From an uncultured Candidatus Saccharibacteria bacterium (GTDB taxonomy: Bacteria > Patescibacteriota > Saccharimonadia > UBA4664 > CAZJNH01), in NCBI GenBank assembly GCA_964547425.1, contig CAZJNH010000006.1:6095-70094 (forward strand): 64,000 nt of DNA. The letters run 5' to 3'. The notes below the pieces were generated by a model. That model did no database searches and was not told where the DNA came from. It was given only the letters and a program-made list of their open reading frames with translations. Within the stretch, counting starts at the first letter, position 1. The number at the start of each line of letters is the position of its first letter. This document shows positions 1-8,957 of the stretch, piece after piece. The position numbers and the translations under genes were made by a program.

Positions 1-100
1 TGTTAACCGTGATTACGGCCAAAACATCACGATCACAGCTCTCCCCCAACTGCTCGAGTACCTGCCTCTTTTGGCAGCGTAGCCCAATGGTTAGGAGGAA

Positions 101-445
101 ATGATGCCGAAAAAGGTGTTGATTGTCGAGGACCACCCGCTAATGATGGCGGCACTCGGCAAGGTGGCTAGGGATCTCGGTGCCAAAGTTGGCTATGCCA
201 AAACGATAGCCGAGGCCGAACAGCATCTCGCCGATGAGCAGTACGACATCATCGTGTGGGATGGGTACTTAGGACAGGAGTCGACGCTGTCGCTGATCAA
301 ACAAACCGCCAAGCGGTTTAAAGGGCCAATGATCGCGAACAGTTCCGACTTCTCGATGGCTAAGGCCCAGATGCAGTTTGGCTGCACCGACTACCCGCGT
401 GAGGGCGACGCCTTCGATCTGCTGAAGAAGCTGATCGAAAAGTGA
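101..445 (+). CDS. Stand-alone response-regulator receiver (CheY-like REC) domain protein
   Basis: 114 aa; N-terminal KVLIVEDHPLM and overall REC-like layout; AGGAGG RBS 6 nt upstream of ATG; followed by intrinsic terminator. Confidence 0.55.
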   Translation: MMPKKVLIVEDHPLMMAALGKVARDLGAKVGYAKTIAEAEQHLADEQYDIIVWDGYLGQESTLSLIKQTAKRFKGPMIANSSDFSMAKAQMQFGCTDYPREGDAFDLLKKLIEK

Positions 446-476
446 CCCGCCGGAAACGGTGGCTGAACCGAACTGA

Positions 477-515
477 AGACCCCATCCACGACGGATGGGG
501 TCTTCTTCTTTTCTA
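477..515 (+). terminator. Rho-independent terminator between convergent REC gene and rpsI
   Basis: GACCCCATCC-acgac-GGATGGGGTC hairpin followed by TTCTTCTTTTC. Confidence 0.7.
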
Positions 516-908
516 GCGTTTCTTCCACTGGGCGGCTTTGCGCGCCCGCTTTAATCCAGGCTTCTTTCGTTCCTTTTCCCTGGGATCACGAGTCAAGTAC
601 CCGGCTTTACGAAGTGATGCTTTGTTGTCTTCGCTAAGCTCAACTAAGGCACGGGCGATAGCTAACCGAGCCGCTTCGGCTTGTCCACGTTTGCCGCCTC
701 CACGAACCTTTAGGCTGGCACCAAGCTTTTTGTCCTGACCGACCAAGATTAACGGTTGGCGTACGGACTCTACTAGTACCGGACTGGCAAAGTATTCTTC
801 AACTGTTTTGTCGTTAACTACAATGTCTTTTGCGCTTGAGCTAAGCCGGACGGTAGCGACCGCTTCTTTGCGGCGGCCGAGGCCTTTGTGAAAATCTGTA
901 GCTGGCAT
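513..908 (-). CDS. rpsI: 30S ribosomal protein uS9
   Basis: 131 aa; translation ends in the basic tail ...ARKAAQWKKR typical of S9; immediately downstream of rplM. Confidence 0.93.
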   Translation of the reverse strand: MPATDFHKGLGRRKEAVATVRLSSSAKDIVVNDKTVEEYFASPVLVESVRQPLILVGQDKKLGASLKVRGGGKRGQAEAARLAIARALVELSEDNKASLRKAGYLTRDPREKERKKPGLKRARKAAQWKKR

Positions 909-1342
909 TATTTAATCTCCAATTTCTTAGGGGTTTGGCCGGCGTGCGCGTGTTCAGAGCCCGCGTAGACCTTGAGGTGCGACATACGCACCGCTTTTAG
1001 CCGGTTTTGGGGCAGCATGCGTTTGACGGCCATCTCGATAACCTCAGTTGGTTTCTCGTTTAACTTCTCGGCTAGACTAGCTTCTTTAATACCGCCAGGG
1101 TAACCGCTATGGCTAAAGTATTTCTTGTCTTCAAGTTTATTGCCCGTGACCCGTATCTTTGCGGCGTTGATAACGACAATGTTGTCGGCCAAGTCTAGGT
1201 GAGGCGAAAAGGTCGGTTTGTGCTTGCCTTGGAGTAAGGTCGCAACTTTTGTAGCCAAACGGCCCAAAGTCACACCGCTGGCGTCAATCAAGTACCAGTC
1301 GTGGGTGATTTCGGATGGTTTGGCGGTATGAGTCTTAAACAT
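908..1342 (-). CDS. rplM: 50S ribosomal protein uL13
   Basis: 144 aa; L13-like sequence, rplM-rpsI adjacency. Confidence 0.93.
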   Translation of the reverse strand: MFKTHTAKPSEITHDWYLIDASGVTLGRLATKVATLLQGKHKPTFSPHLDLADNIVVINAAKIRVTGNKLEDKKYFSHSGYPGGIKEASLAEKLNEKPTEVIEMAVKRMLPQNRLKAVRMSHLKVYAGSEHAHAGQTPKKLEIK

Positions 1343-1824
1343 TATTTTGCCCCAACCTTAGTTTTTGGCTTAGCCACGGTTTGTTTAGCAGCCGATTTCT
1401 TCGCGGCAGGTTTCTTCTCGCTAGTTTCTACCTTCTCACTGGCCTCTTTGGCTACTGGAGCAGGCTTGAGTCCAGCCGGTAAAACCAAACTGACTATGGC
1501 AACTGGGGCATTATCGCCTCCGCGATTGCCGGCTTTGACGACCCTGGTGTAGCCGCCTTGGCGATCCTTCCAGGCAGGTGCCAACTCTTCAACTAACTTT
1601 TGAACAGCAGAGTCGGTGGTTAAGCGGGAACGTAGTAAACGCCGATCGGCCACGGTCCCGGACTTAGCAAAGCTAACCAGTTTTTCAACGTAACGCCCGG
1701 CGACTTTTGCTTTCGAAACCGTAGTGGTCATAGTCTCATGCAGCACGAGTGAATTGGCCAACGACTTAAGTAATGCTCTTCGCTGGTCACGCTCGCGGCT
1801 GAATTTTGGGCTTTGGCCGTTCAT
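1342..1824 (-). CDS. rplQ: 50S ribosomal protein bL17 with Lys/Ala/Pro-rich C-terminal tail
   Basis: 160 aa; L17 core followed by a roughly 40 aa AKP-rich tail; follows rpoA. Confidence 0.92.
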   Translation of the reverse strand: MNGQSPKFSRERDQRRALLKSLANSLVLHETMTTTVSKAKVAGRYVEKLVSFAKSGTVADRRLLRSRLTTDSAVQKLVEELAPAWKDRQGGYTRVVKAGNRGGDNAPVAIVSLVLPAGLKPAPVAKEASEKVETSEKKPAAKKSAAKQTVAKPKTKVGAK

Positions 1825-2796
1825 TTAATCCTCGTCGGTCTCCCCTTTTTCAAAACCCATCTCAGTCAGCTTGTCTTTGACCTCGTTGTAGGCCTTTGAG
1901 CCAAAGCCCTTGAGGTCCCGCAGCTCTTCATCGGACAAGCGCAGAAGGTCGCGGACGGTCTTGATCTCGTTGTTTAATAGCGCGTTAGTGGTGCGCGGCG
2001 TCAGGTTAATTTCTTCAACCATAATCTTAGCGGCGTTGTCGGAACCGTCTTCGGTGGTCACAGCCTCGGATTGAGGGGCCTCGCGGCCGGCTACGACACC
2101 AAAGTGCTCAACCAATAGTTCAGCTGCTTGGGCCACGGCGTCGGCTGGGCTAACGGTACCGTCGGTCTCAATATCTAGCACCAAACGGTCGAGGTCGGTC
2201 ATTTGGCCGACACGGGTGTTTTCGACCGAGTAGCGTACGCGCTGGACCGGGCTGAACAATGCGTCAACGGCGATCATGCCAACTTCCAGCTTTTCGCTTT
2301 CGCGGGATTCAACCGGCTGGTAACCGCGACCTTTTTCGATCTTAATTTCCATACCGATTTTGGATTTAGCATCGTCGAGAGTTGCGATCACCAGTTCGGG
2401 ATTTGCGATTTCAACATCGGAGGTGACTTTAATATCGGAGGCTTTGACCGGGCCTTTGCCGGTTTTGGTCAGAACCAGATACTGAGGTTCGTCGGAGTAA
2501 ACCTTCAGGCGCAGTTTCTTGAGGTTAAGCAGGAGGGAAATAACGTCCTCTTTAACTCCAGGAATCGTCGAAAATTCGTGCGACACGTTGTCGATTTTGA
2601 CGGCTGTAACAGCGCCGCCGCCGAGGCTCGAGAGAATCACCCGGCGAAGTGCATTACCCAAAGTCATACCATAACCTGGGTGTAGCGGTTCGATGGCGAA
2701 GGTGGCGCGATTGCCGTCGTCTTTAGTTAGTTTGAGTTGTGGGAGCTGGATGGGGTGAAGCACGTTTTTCTCCTTATTATCGTGAATAGAATTCAA
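1825..2796 (-). CDS. rpoA: DNA-directed RNA polymerase alpha subunit
   Basis: 323 aa; alpha NTD plus alpha CTD (…INLTPRTTNALLNNEIKTVRDLL…); between rpsD and rplQ. Confidence 0.95.
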   Translation of the reverse strand: MNSIHDNKEKNVLHPIQLPQLKLTKDDGNRATFAIEPLHPGYGMTLGNALRRVILSSLGGGAVTAVKIDNVSHEFSTIPGVKEDVISLLLNLKKLRLKVYSDEPQYLVLTKTGKGPVKASDIKVTSDVEIANPELVIATLDDAKSKIGMEIKIEKGRGYQPVESRESEKLEVGMIAVDALFSPVQRVRYSVENTRVGQMTDLDRLVLDIETDGTVSPADAVAQAAELLVEHFGVVAGREAPQSEAVTTEDGSDNAAKIMVEEINLTPRTTNALLNNEIKTVRDLLRLSDEELRDLKGFGSKAYNEVKDKLTEMGFEKGETDED

Positions 2797-3394
2797 TAAT
2801 TAGCTGTTCGGAAATCTCTTCCATAATGTCGTCCCGAACCGGATGGCCGGTGACTTTAGCGGACAGCTTGGAAGACTCTAGACTTAGCCAGCGGCTGTCG
2901 AGTTTGGACTGTTTCAGATCGGTGACAACCTTTTGGAAATAAGGGTTTTTCTGGCTTTTTTCGCGGACCTCTAGCTCATCGCCCGGTTGTAAGCTAATCG
3001 ACGGGACGTTAACTCGGCGTCCGTTGTGCAGAATGTGGCCATGGCTGACTAGTTGGCGAGCACCTTGTCGGCTAGGTGCCCAGCCGAGACGGTAAACGGC
3101 GTTGTCCATGCGTTGCTCTAGCAGAATTAGGACGACTTCACCGCTAATGCCTTCCTGGCGTTCAGCTTCCGCGACGATCCGGCGGAACTGCTTTTCAAGA
3201 AGCCCATAAATTCGCTTCACTTTTTGCTTCTCGCGCAGCTGCAGGGCGTACTGGCTGTCTTTGGTCCGGCGGCCGCCTTTGCCATGTTCTCCAGGGCCGT
3301 AGCCGCGTTTAGTCAGGCCTTTAATCGCCTTCGGATGCATCGCGACGCCTTCGCGGCGTGAACGCTTAAGGGTTGGGGCTAAATCGCGTGCCAT
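2777..3394 (-). CDS. rpsD: 30S ribosomal protein uS4
   Basis: 205 aa; S4 N-terminal KRG motif and S4 RNA-binding domain; overlaps rpoA start by 20 nt. Confidence 0.93.
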   Translation of the reverse strand: MARDLAPTLKRSRREGVAMHPKAIKGLTKRGYGPGEHGKGGRRTKDSQYALQLREKQKVKRIYGLLEKQFRRIVAEAERQEGISGEVVLILLEQRMDNAVYRLGWAPSRQGARQLVSHGHILHNGRRVNVPSISLQPGDELEVREKSQKNPYFQKVVTDLKQSKLDSRWLSLESSKLSAKVTGHPVRDDIMEEISEQLIIEFYSR

Positions 3395-3395
3395 A

Positions 3396-3791
3396 TTACT
3401 GCTTCCTCGGTTTTCGCGGGCGGCAGCCGTTATGAGGAATGCCGGTGACGTCTTTGATGCTAGTTACGGACAAACCAACGGTCGAAAGGGCGCGCACAGC
3501 CGATTCACGGCCGCTCCCGACGCCTTGCAGATAAACATCCACCTTTTGCATGCCGAGCTCTTTAGCAGCCGTCGCGGCCTGTTCGGCGGCGATACTGGCG
3601 GCGTACGGGGTTGATTTGCGGGAACCTTTGAAACCGGCGGCACCAGAGGAACTCCAAGCTATCACTCCGCCTTTTTCGTCGGTGATCGAGATAATCGTGT
3701 TATTAAAAGTCGCCTTGACGTGCACTTGGCCAACGGCCACGCTGCGTTTTTGCTTCTTTTTCCGGGTTGTAGTGGTTTTTGGGGCTGCCAT
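3396..3791 (-). CDS. rpsK: 30S ribosomal protein uS11
   Basis: 131 aa; C-terminal [13 protein letters not shown] typical of S11. Confidence 0.95.
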   Translation of the reverse strand: MAAPKTTTTRKKKQKRSVAVGQVHVKATFNNTIISITDEKGGVIAWSSSGAAGFKGSRKSTPYAASIAAEQAATAAKELGMQKVDVYLQGVGSGRESAVRALSTVGLSVTSIKDVTGIPHNGCRPRKPRKQ

Positions 3792-3799
3792 ATTAATCC

Positions 3800-4186
3800 T
3801 TAAGTCTTAGAGGCCGCTTTAGCCCGGCCGGAACCGACGGTGACGCGTTTGCCGCGTTTGGTACGGGCATTAGTTTTGGTACGCTGTCCGCGAACCGGCA
3901 AATTATTCTTGTGCCGCAAACCGCGGAAGGAATTGATTTCTTTGAGCCGACGAATGTTACCGGAAACTATCCGCTGAAGGTCGCCTTCAACCTGGAGCGT
4001 CTTTTCGATCTGCTCGCGGATTTTCGAGACTTCGGCTTCGGTCAGATTCTTAACTCGGGTGTTAGGGTCGACGCCTGTTACGGTAATTAGCTTCTTGGCG
4101 GTTGAGTTACCAACGCCGTGGATGTAGGTCAAAGCAATTTCAACCCGTTTGTCGTTTGGTAAATTAACTCCGGCAATACGCGCCAT
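3800..4186 (-). CDS. rpsM: 30S ribosomal protein uS13
   Basis: 128 aa; [11 protein letters not shown]-terminus typical of S13. Confidence 0.95.
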   Translation of the reverse strand: MARIAGVNLPNDKRVEIALTYIHGVGNSTAKKLITVTGVDPNTRVKNLTEAEVSKIREQIEKTLQVEGDLQRIVSGNIRRLKEINSFRGLRHKNNLPVRGQRTKTNARTKRGKRVTVGSGRAKAASKT

Positions 4187-4299
4187 TAGCCCTGCCTCTG
4201 CTTGTGCTTAGGGTTATCGCAGATCACAAAAACTACTCCGTCGCGGCGGACGGTCTTGCATTTGGAACACATTGGTTTGACGCTCGCTCTAACCTTCAT
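4186..4299 (-). CDS. rpmJ: 50S ribosomal protein bL36 (zinc-ribbon type)
   Basis: Not in the ORF track (37 aa); minus-strand translation [37 protein letters not shown]; stop overlaps rpsM ATG (TAATG). Confidence 0.85.
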   Translation of the reverse strand: MKVRASVKPMCSKCKTVRRDGVVFVICDNPKHKQRQG

Positions 4300-4307
4300 T
4301 GCACTCC

Positions 4308-4532
4308 TTAGTTGTTGTGTCTATAAGTAATTCGGCCTTTGGTCAGGTCGTAAGGGGTCATCTCTAAGGTCACCTTATCTCCCGGCAAAATCTTGATGTA
4401 ATGCATCCGCATTTTGCCCGAGATATGTGCTAAAACAACATGGCCGTTCTCGAGTTCTACCCTAAACATAGCGTTTGGCAGGGTTTCGCGAACGGTCCCT
4501 TCGACCTCGATTACTTCCTTTGTATCACTCAT
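4308..4532 (-). CDS. infA: Translation initiation factor IF-1
   Basis: ORF track gives 95 aa, but the conserved IF-1 sequence starts at the internal [14 protein letters not shown]…; the S1-like fold gives 74 aa. Confidence 0.9.
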   Translation of the reverse strand: MSDTKEVIEVEGTVRETLPNAMFRVELENGHVVLAHISGKMRMHYIKILPGDKVTLEMTPYDLTKGRITYRHNN

Positions 4533-4551
4533 GGTAAGACTACAGCGCTTA

Positions 4552-4580
4552 ATTCTACCCAGATTTAGTACTCCTGTAAA
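4552..4580 (-). promoter_or_regulatory. Sigma-70-like promoter upstream of infA-rpmJ-rpsM…
   Basis: minus strand TTTACA-17 nt-TAGAAT about 20 nt upstream of infA ATG. Confidence 0.45.
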
Positions 4581-4598
4581 GACTTTTAAATACAAAAA

Positions 4599-4630
4599 CG
4601 GCCCGGGGAGTCTTGTTCCCCGGACCGCAA
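4599..4630. repeat. 31-nt GC-rich hairpin repeat, copy A (partner at 5785..5815)
   Basis: CGGCCCGGGGAGTCTTGTTCCCCGGACCGC; CCGGGGA/TCCCCGG stem; on the minus strand it is followed by TTTTTGTATTT so this copy also looks like a terminator. Confidence 0.6.
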
Positions 4631-4633
4631 GAG

Positions 4634-5149
4634 TTACCGTGTTTGATTGATCCCTTCTCCGCCTCCGTGCGGATGCCCGATACCTTGACCCGTGCTAAGC
4701 AATAAGCCATGAAACGCTCGGTTGCCCCTAGCGTCCGCCAGCGAATTATGCGTCGCCCCTTCGGGCACCGGCTTATGGGTGACGCCGAGTCGGTTGGCCC
4801 AAGGCTTCAGATCGTTTGCGTAGCTGGGCCAGGTGGCTGGCCGGTCGATCATCCGCCCAAACAAGCCGCATAGGACGACCCAGTCGTAAGCGCAGACGTA
4901 GCCCCAGAACTCAGGGTCGTGGTCGTTTCTGACGAATTCCTCAACTTCTCGGGCAATAAGGATTGCCGTCTTTGATTGGCCTAACAGGTGCGGTCTGGTG
5001 TTTTCGGCGTGCCAACCATCGAAGTCCAGCGACCAGTCAACCTTGGCGAACTCCGCGTAGTACTCGCGGTCGTCCTCACTGACGATCCCGAGACTAATCG
5101 GCACCGGCTGAATGTAGTCGATGAACTCTGTGTCGAAGAAGTACTTCAT
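4634..5149 (-). CDS. DEDDh-type 3'-5' exo(ribo)nuclease, Rv2179c-like family
   Basis: 171 aa; N-terminal MKYFFDTEF (exo motif I DxE) characteristic of the Rv2179c-like 3'-5' exoribonuclease domain; ATG overlaps the stop of the upstream HD gene (ATGA). Confidence 0.55.
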   Translation of the reverse strand: MKYFFDTEFIDYIQPVPISLGIVSEDDREYYAEFAKVDWSLDFDGWHAENTRPHLLGQSKTAILIAREVEEFVRNDHDPEFWGYVCAYDWVVLCGLFGRMIDRPATWPSYANDLKPWANRLGVTHKPVPEGATHNSLADARGNRAFHGLLLSTGQGIGHPHGGGEGINQTR

Positions 5150-5760
5150 TGCTCACCAGTGATGCGTTTGGCGCCTGTCCAGGCGTCGTCGTTGCGCGGG
5201 AAGTCGTAGAACGCCCTCGCGCTAAGAAGATCGCAGCTGTGGCACAACGCCGCCAGCGGCAGCATGATCCGAGAATCCGGCGTGTAATCCTCGTCGCGGA
5301 TGCCTTCGACGTACTTGAGGGCGTTTTCCTGCGTCGGCGTCAGCTTAATCCCGTACTCCCAAAGCTTCGACTGCGCAAACTCTTTACGAGCCGCTTTTGT
5401 CTTCAGCTCCGGAATCACGACCAACTCACCGTCCTCAAACCGCGTGCGCCACGGCTTCTCGATGTCATGGAGGAACAAGACGAGCAGACCGTCGGACAGT
5501 GTGATTCGCTCATCGCCCGACAACTGATCGAGTCGGCCTGTACTCTCGATTGCGCCGTAGAACAACACGAACCAGTTCATGGCGTCGGTGACATGGTCCC
5601 AGTAACCACCGGGCCAAGCCTGGTGGTTGTGCGTCGATCCCGGCGCCGCCTGGAACAGCTCGCGGTGGTCGTAGAGGATCTGCCGGCAGACCGATTGGTT
5701 CGGCTCGTTGATCATCATCACCATCTCGTCAAGGTAGTAGTACTTCGGCTGTTCGCTCAT
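5146..5760 (-). CDS. HD-domain phosphohydrolase (start trimmed to MSEQPKYYYL…)
   Basis: H…H (STHNHQAW) … LFLHDIEKP … D pattern of an HD domain; AAGGGAG RBS 4 nt upstream of the internal ATG; the ORF track's longer N-terminus overlaps the hairpin repeat and purB. Confidence 0.45.
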   Translation of the reverse strand: MSEQPKYYYLDEMVMMINEPNQSVCRQILYDHRELFQAAPGSTHNHQAWPGGYWDHVTDAMNWFVLFYGAIESTGRLDQLSGDERITLSDGLLVLFLHDIEKPWRTRFEDGELVVIPELKTKAARKEFAQSKLWEYGIKLTPTQENALKYVEGIRDEDYTPDSRIMLPLAALCHSCDLLSARAFYDFPRNDDAWTGAKRITGEQ

Positions 5761-5784
5761 GCCGCTCCCTTGGTTTGGTTGAGG

Positions 5785-5815
5785 CGGCCCGGGGAGTCTT
5801 TGTTCCCCGGACCGC
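5785..5815. repeat. 31-nt GC-rich hairpin repeat, copy B
   Basis: CGGCCCGGGGAGTCTTTGTTCCCCGGACCGC, 1 indel versus copy A; sits just after the purB stop and before the HD gene RBS. Confidence 0.6.
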
Positions 5816-5821
5816 TCGAAG

Positions 5822-7270
5822 TTAGAACGAGACACTCGAACTGGAAGTGTCGGGATTGAGCGCGCTCCCGCTTGATGCTGAACCAGCATTGCCATCGAGA
5901 TAACGCTGCCATTTCGCGGCGATCTCTTGAGCCCTCTCGTACGCCAGCCCAATGTACGGGTTGGCATTTTCGATCAAGGCAACTTCATCGGCCGTGAAGC
6001 GCTCCACATACCCGGCGATCTCCAGGTCTTCCTGAATGAAGCGTTGGAGTGAACGCGGATTACCGGTCCGACGAGCTTCGCGCCAGGCCTGCGTAACCAC
6101 GCGAACGGCTTCATGCGCGTCCGGGTGGCCGTACTTGGCGAGCAGAATATACAGCGGCTCCGCCAGTATGGCGCCCTCGCTGGAGGCAAGGTTCCGGTCG
6201 AGGTTCGTCTGGTCGACACGCAGCTTGTCCATTGTGCGTGTCAGCCGCTTGGCCATCACCACTACGTAGTTGACGATCTCGGCGTTAGTCCGGCCAGACG
6301 CGGAGCCAGTGAGGTCGCGCTGATGCTCGCTGATTTGATCCAGGTACAGCGTGCCCAGTCTGCCAACGAGAACCTTCCACATACTTTCGATGTTCTCGAA
6401 GTTGATCGGGTTGCGCTTCTGCGGCATCGTCGACGAACCTACTTGTTCGGCGCCGAACTCCTCGCCAACCTCGGCGATCTCGGTCCGCTGCAGGTTGCGC
6501 ATGTCGCGTGCCAAGTTCGCCATCACCCCAGCCGCCACGACCATCTCGGTCAGTAACCGCAGCATCGGCTCCGGCGGCGCGATCTGGGTCGAATGAGTAG
6601 CAGGTCGCAGACCAACGTAACTCAACAATCGTCCCTCGAACTCCATCGGGTTGTCGACGACAAGCTGCGACGCGTTGTAAGCCCCAACCGCGCCAGAGAA
6701 CTTGCCGACCAACTCAGAAGCCCTCTCATCGATCCTCTTGATCGACTGACCCAAACGCTCGGTGATCCCGGCCATATAGAAGCCGAAGGTGATCGGAACG
6801 GCGTGCTGGCCATGCGTCCGGCCAACCTGCACCGTCGCCGACTCCTGCCGCGTGATGTCGACCAGTATTCGCAGTAGTTTCTTGAGAGCCGGGACGACAA
6901 CGTCGTAGGTCACGTCCTTATACCTCGCGGCGTTGGCTGTGTCGACGATGTCGAATGAAGTAGCGGTCATGTGCACGTAAGGCTTGGCTTCGTCGCTGAC
7001 CTTGGCTTGGATGCAGTTGACCAAGGCCCGGATGTCGTGGCGAACCCGATCCTCCTCGGCGTAGACCTCTTCGGTTGTAATCTTGGAGCAGGCCTGGGCG
7101 ATCTCGAAGGCGGCTTCAGCCGGACAGATGCCGAAGTCCGCCAGCGTTTTTGCCAATGATGATTCGACCCCCAGCTTGTAGCGGGTAAAACCGTTCTCAG
7201 ACAAACATTCCGCCACCTCTGGGTCGAGGTAACGGTAGTCGGCCGGCGAAATCGCGTCGAATTTGTCCAT
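5822..7270 (-). CDS. purB: Adenylosuccinate lyase
   Basis: 482 aa; fumarate-lyase signature GSSTMPQKRNP; has an unusual 25 aa Ser/Gly-rich C-terminal tail. Confidence 0.9.
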   Translation of the reverse strand: MDKFDAISPADYRYLDPEVAECLSENGFTRYKLGVESSLAKTLADFGICPAEAAFEIAQACSKITTEEVYAEEDRVRHDIRALVNCIQAKVSDEAKPYVHMTATSFDIVDTANAARYKDVTYDVVVPALKKLLRILVDITRQESATVQVGRTHGQHAVPITFGFYMAGITERLGQSIKRIDERASELVGKFSGAVGAYNASQLVVDNPMEFEGRLLSYVGLRPATHSTQIAPPEPMLRLLTEMVVAAGVMANLARDMRNLQRTEIAEVGEEFGAEQVGSSTMPQKRNPINFENIESMWKVLVGRLGTLYLDQISEHQRDLTGSASGRTNAEIVNYVVVMAKRLTRTMDKLRVDQTNLDRNLASSEGAILAEPLYILLAKYGHPDAHEAVRVVTQAWREARRTGNPRSLQRFIQEDLEIAGYVERFTADEVALIENANPYIGLAYERAQEIAAKWQRYLDGNAGSASSGSALNPDTSSSSVSF

Positions 7271-7271
7271 A

Positions 7272-8333
7272 TCAGCTCCTCTTGAACTTTGAGGTCATCT
7301 CGGCAACCTCGGCGTAGTTCTGCTTAATCTTGCCAAGCTCCTTGGCCTTGGCCGCTGGATCGTCGACACCAGCGAGGTCGCGATAGACCTGCTTGTCCTT
7401 CATCTGCGCCTTGTCGCCGCCCGGCCAGATCCGCCACGAGTCGTTGTCGATCACATCGGCAACGGCCAGCCGGCCGTCGTGCAAGCGGCCGAACTCGATC
7501 TTGAGATCGACCAGTTGGACTTCCTGCTGCCGCCAGGCGTCTTCGATGACCTCGAAGACCTTCACGGTTGTTCGCACCATCTCGACCGTCTCATCGATGG
7601 TTTGCTGCGCCCTGACCGGCAGGATGGGCTTCTCTTCGATGTAGCCCACGCCGAGCGGCTTACCGGCCTCGTATAGCAAGTAGCGCCAGCCGACAAAGTC
7701 CCAGATCATTAGCGGATCGTGGCGCTCGTCGTCTTTGAGGAAACACTCGACGACGAGCGGGGCGAGCACCGTGCCTTCGGCAACTTCTCGGTTGCGCTTT
7801 AGGTACGAACCGGTGGCGATGCGCCGGGCCACCCACTCCATTGGCAACATTTCTGCCTTGAGCGCGTGGAAAACGGTTGGGTCGCTGTCGTCGGGCCCAA
7901 GGTAGTGCGTCAGCACGTGCGGGTCGATCAGCTCGAAGACGTTGCAGGTCGTCCGCGTGGCATTGACCGCCTTATCTTCGAGCAAATCACGGCTCGCGCC
8001 GTCGCCGGCGGTGATGTCGTTCTTGCTCTCGATCATCACCCGCTCTCTAACACGGGAGGATGAATCTGGGTGTTCCCAGATGATCTTCGTCTTCCCTTCC
8101 GCCAACTTCCAGGGCAGCCGTTCAACTTCGATGTTGCTGTATTTCTTCAGCCAAATCGGCTCTTCCTGTTCAGAAACGTAGACAGGACAAATCCCCGGTC
8201 CGTCGTTGCCTGATGAGCCATCCGGAGACATTACCGGCCGACTGACGGTGAAGGTCTTCCCCTCGTGCTCGAACCGGTCGCCTTGGCGCATGCCGTCATC
8301 GGTAACCGTCCAAGTCTTATATGTGGCAACCAT
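7272..8333 (-). CDS. purC: Phosphoribosylaminoimidazole-succinocarboxamide (SAICAR) synthase
   Basis: 353 aa; SAICAR synthetase family similarity; start 2 nt upstream of the purB start. Confidence 0.85.
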   Translation of the reverse strand: MVATYKTWTVTDDGMRQGDRFEHEGKTFTVSRPVMSPDGSSGNDGPGICPVYVSEQEEPIWLKKYSNIEVERLPWKLAEGKTKIIWEHPDSSSRVRERVMIESKNDITAGDGASRDLLEDKAVNATRTTCNVFELIDPHVLTHYLGPDDSDPTVFHALKAEMLPMEWVARRIATGSYLKRNREVAEGTVLAPLVVECFLKDDERHDPLMIWDFVGWRYLLYEAGKPLGVGYIEEKPILPVRAQQTIDETVEMVRTTVKVFEVIEDAWRQQEVQLVDLKIEFGRLHDGRLAVADVIDNDSWRIWPGGDKAQMKDKQVYRDLAGVDDPAAKAKELGKIKQNYAEVAEMTSKFKRS

Positions 8334-8390
8334 AATTGCCTCCTTGTCAAAGGTCGAAACAAAATCAGCGGCCCGTTGCCGCTCGCGTAG

Positions 8391-8396
8391 ATTATA
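8391..8396 (-). promoter_or_regulatory. Perfect -10 (TATAAT) of the purC promoter
   Basis: minus strand …TCCGGTATAATCTACG… about 55 nt upstream of the purC ATG; AAGGAGG RBS; a weak -35 falls in the terminator T-run. Confidence 0.4.
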
Positions 8397-8416
8397 CCGG
8401 ATTTTTGATACGAAAA

Positions 8417-8447
8417 AACCCGGGCCGTGGTTGGCGCCGGGTTTTTT
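8417..8447. terminator. Bidirectional intrinsic terminator
   Basis: AAAAAACCCGGGCC-gtggtt-GGCGCCGGGTTTTTTG; an A-run and a T-run flank a GC hairpin. Confidence 0.7.
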
Positions 8448-8459
8448 GTGAACGAGCTT

Positions 8460-8922
8460 CGCTGACGAACGCAGCCAGATGCGGCTGTTTTAACTTACCC
8501 GCTTTCTCTGTCGACTCTTTCATCCGGCTTACGCCGTGCCGAGTAGCCGATACACTCGACTTTAGGCTCCCTATTTATCGCTGGGCTTTGTTCACTGGAA
8601 CCATGCGCACGTTGTGCGCGGCGGGTATATTTTACCCAGTGTCTTTGTACCATCCAGCGAGGAGCTATCGTTTGCCCATCGGAATCACCCTTTCGGCTGA
8701 AGCGATGAAGCGGAACGAAGCGATGGTCTCGGGACCCACCGTTTCGTTCCTAGAATAGAACCGAACCACGTACCCGAGAAGTACATCCTCTCTAACTGGA
8801 CGGAGCCAGTTTAACGGGAGGAGAGGAGGGCTCCCAACGACGTCGCGGTGATCTGCTACTCGTCTTGCTGCGACTGCAATATGGTGGCCCAAGTGGCCTG
8901 ACGAACCGCGCTCTTGCGCATG
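8460..8922 (-). ncRNA. Candidate non-coding RNA (orphan transcription unit, identity unknown)
   Basis: Bounded by the strong promoter at 8929..8957 and the terminator at 8417..8447; no ORF with an RBS or plausible composition; rich in internal hairpins; RNase P, tmRNA and SRP signature motifs were not found by eye. Confidence 0.3.
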
Positions 8923-8928
8923 ACGAAG

Positions 8929-8957
8929 AATATACCCGCCATAACCACTTCTGTCAA
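8929..8957 (-). promoter_or_regulatory. Strong sigma-70-like promoter
   Basis: minus strand TTGACA-17 nt-TATATT. Confidence 0.55.

Noticed and set aside
2203-2685. Numerous 60-200 aa ORFs antisense to or out of frame within rpoA, purB, purC, secY, rpoB, rpoC, fusA, tuf and the CHAP and M23 genes (for example 2203..2685, 5149..5859, 6113..6556, 19422..19907, 20267..21142, 58449..59036)
   Set aside because: They lie entirely inside well-supported genes on the opposite strand or an alternative frame, which is typical of spurious GC-rich shadow ORFs.
8665-8892. 75-aa minus-strand ORF (MGHHIAVAARR…) and 140-aa plus-strand ORF 8336..8758 inside the orphan transcript
   Set aside because: TTG start without RBS and Arg-rich low-complexity composition (the minus ORF); the plus ORF overlaps the purC promoter and terminator, has junk-like composition and no RBS.
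8450-8920. Tested the orphan transcript for RNase P RNA, tmRNA and SRP RNA signatures
   Set aside because: None of the universally conserved blocks (GGAAAGUCCGGGC, GGUAAGAGCGCACC, ACAGAACCCGGCUUA; tmRNA tag ORF ending ALAA plus tRNA-like CCA end; SRP GGAAGCAGCC) are present. It is kept only as a generic candidate ncRNA.
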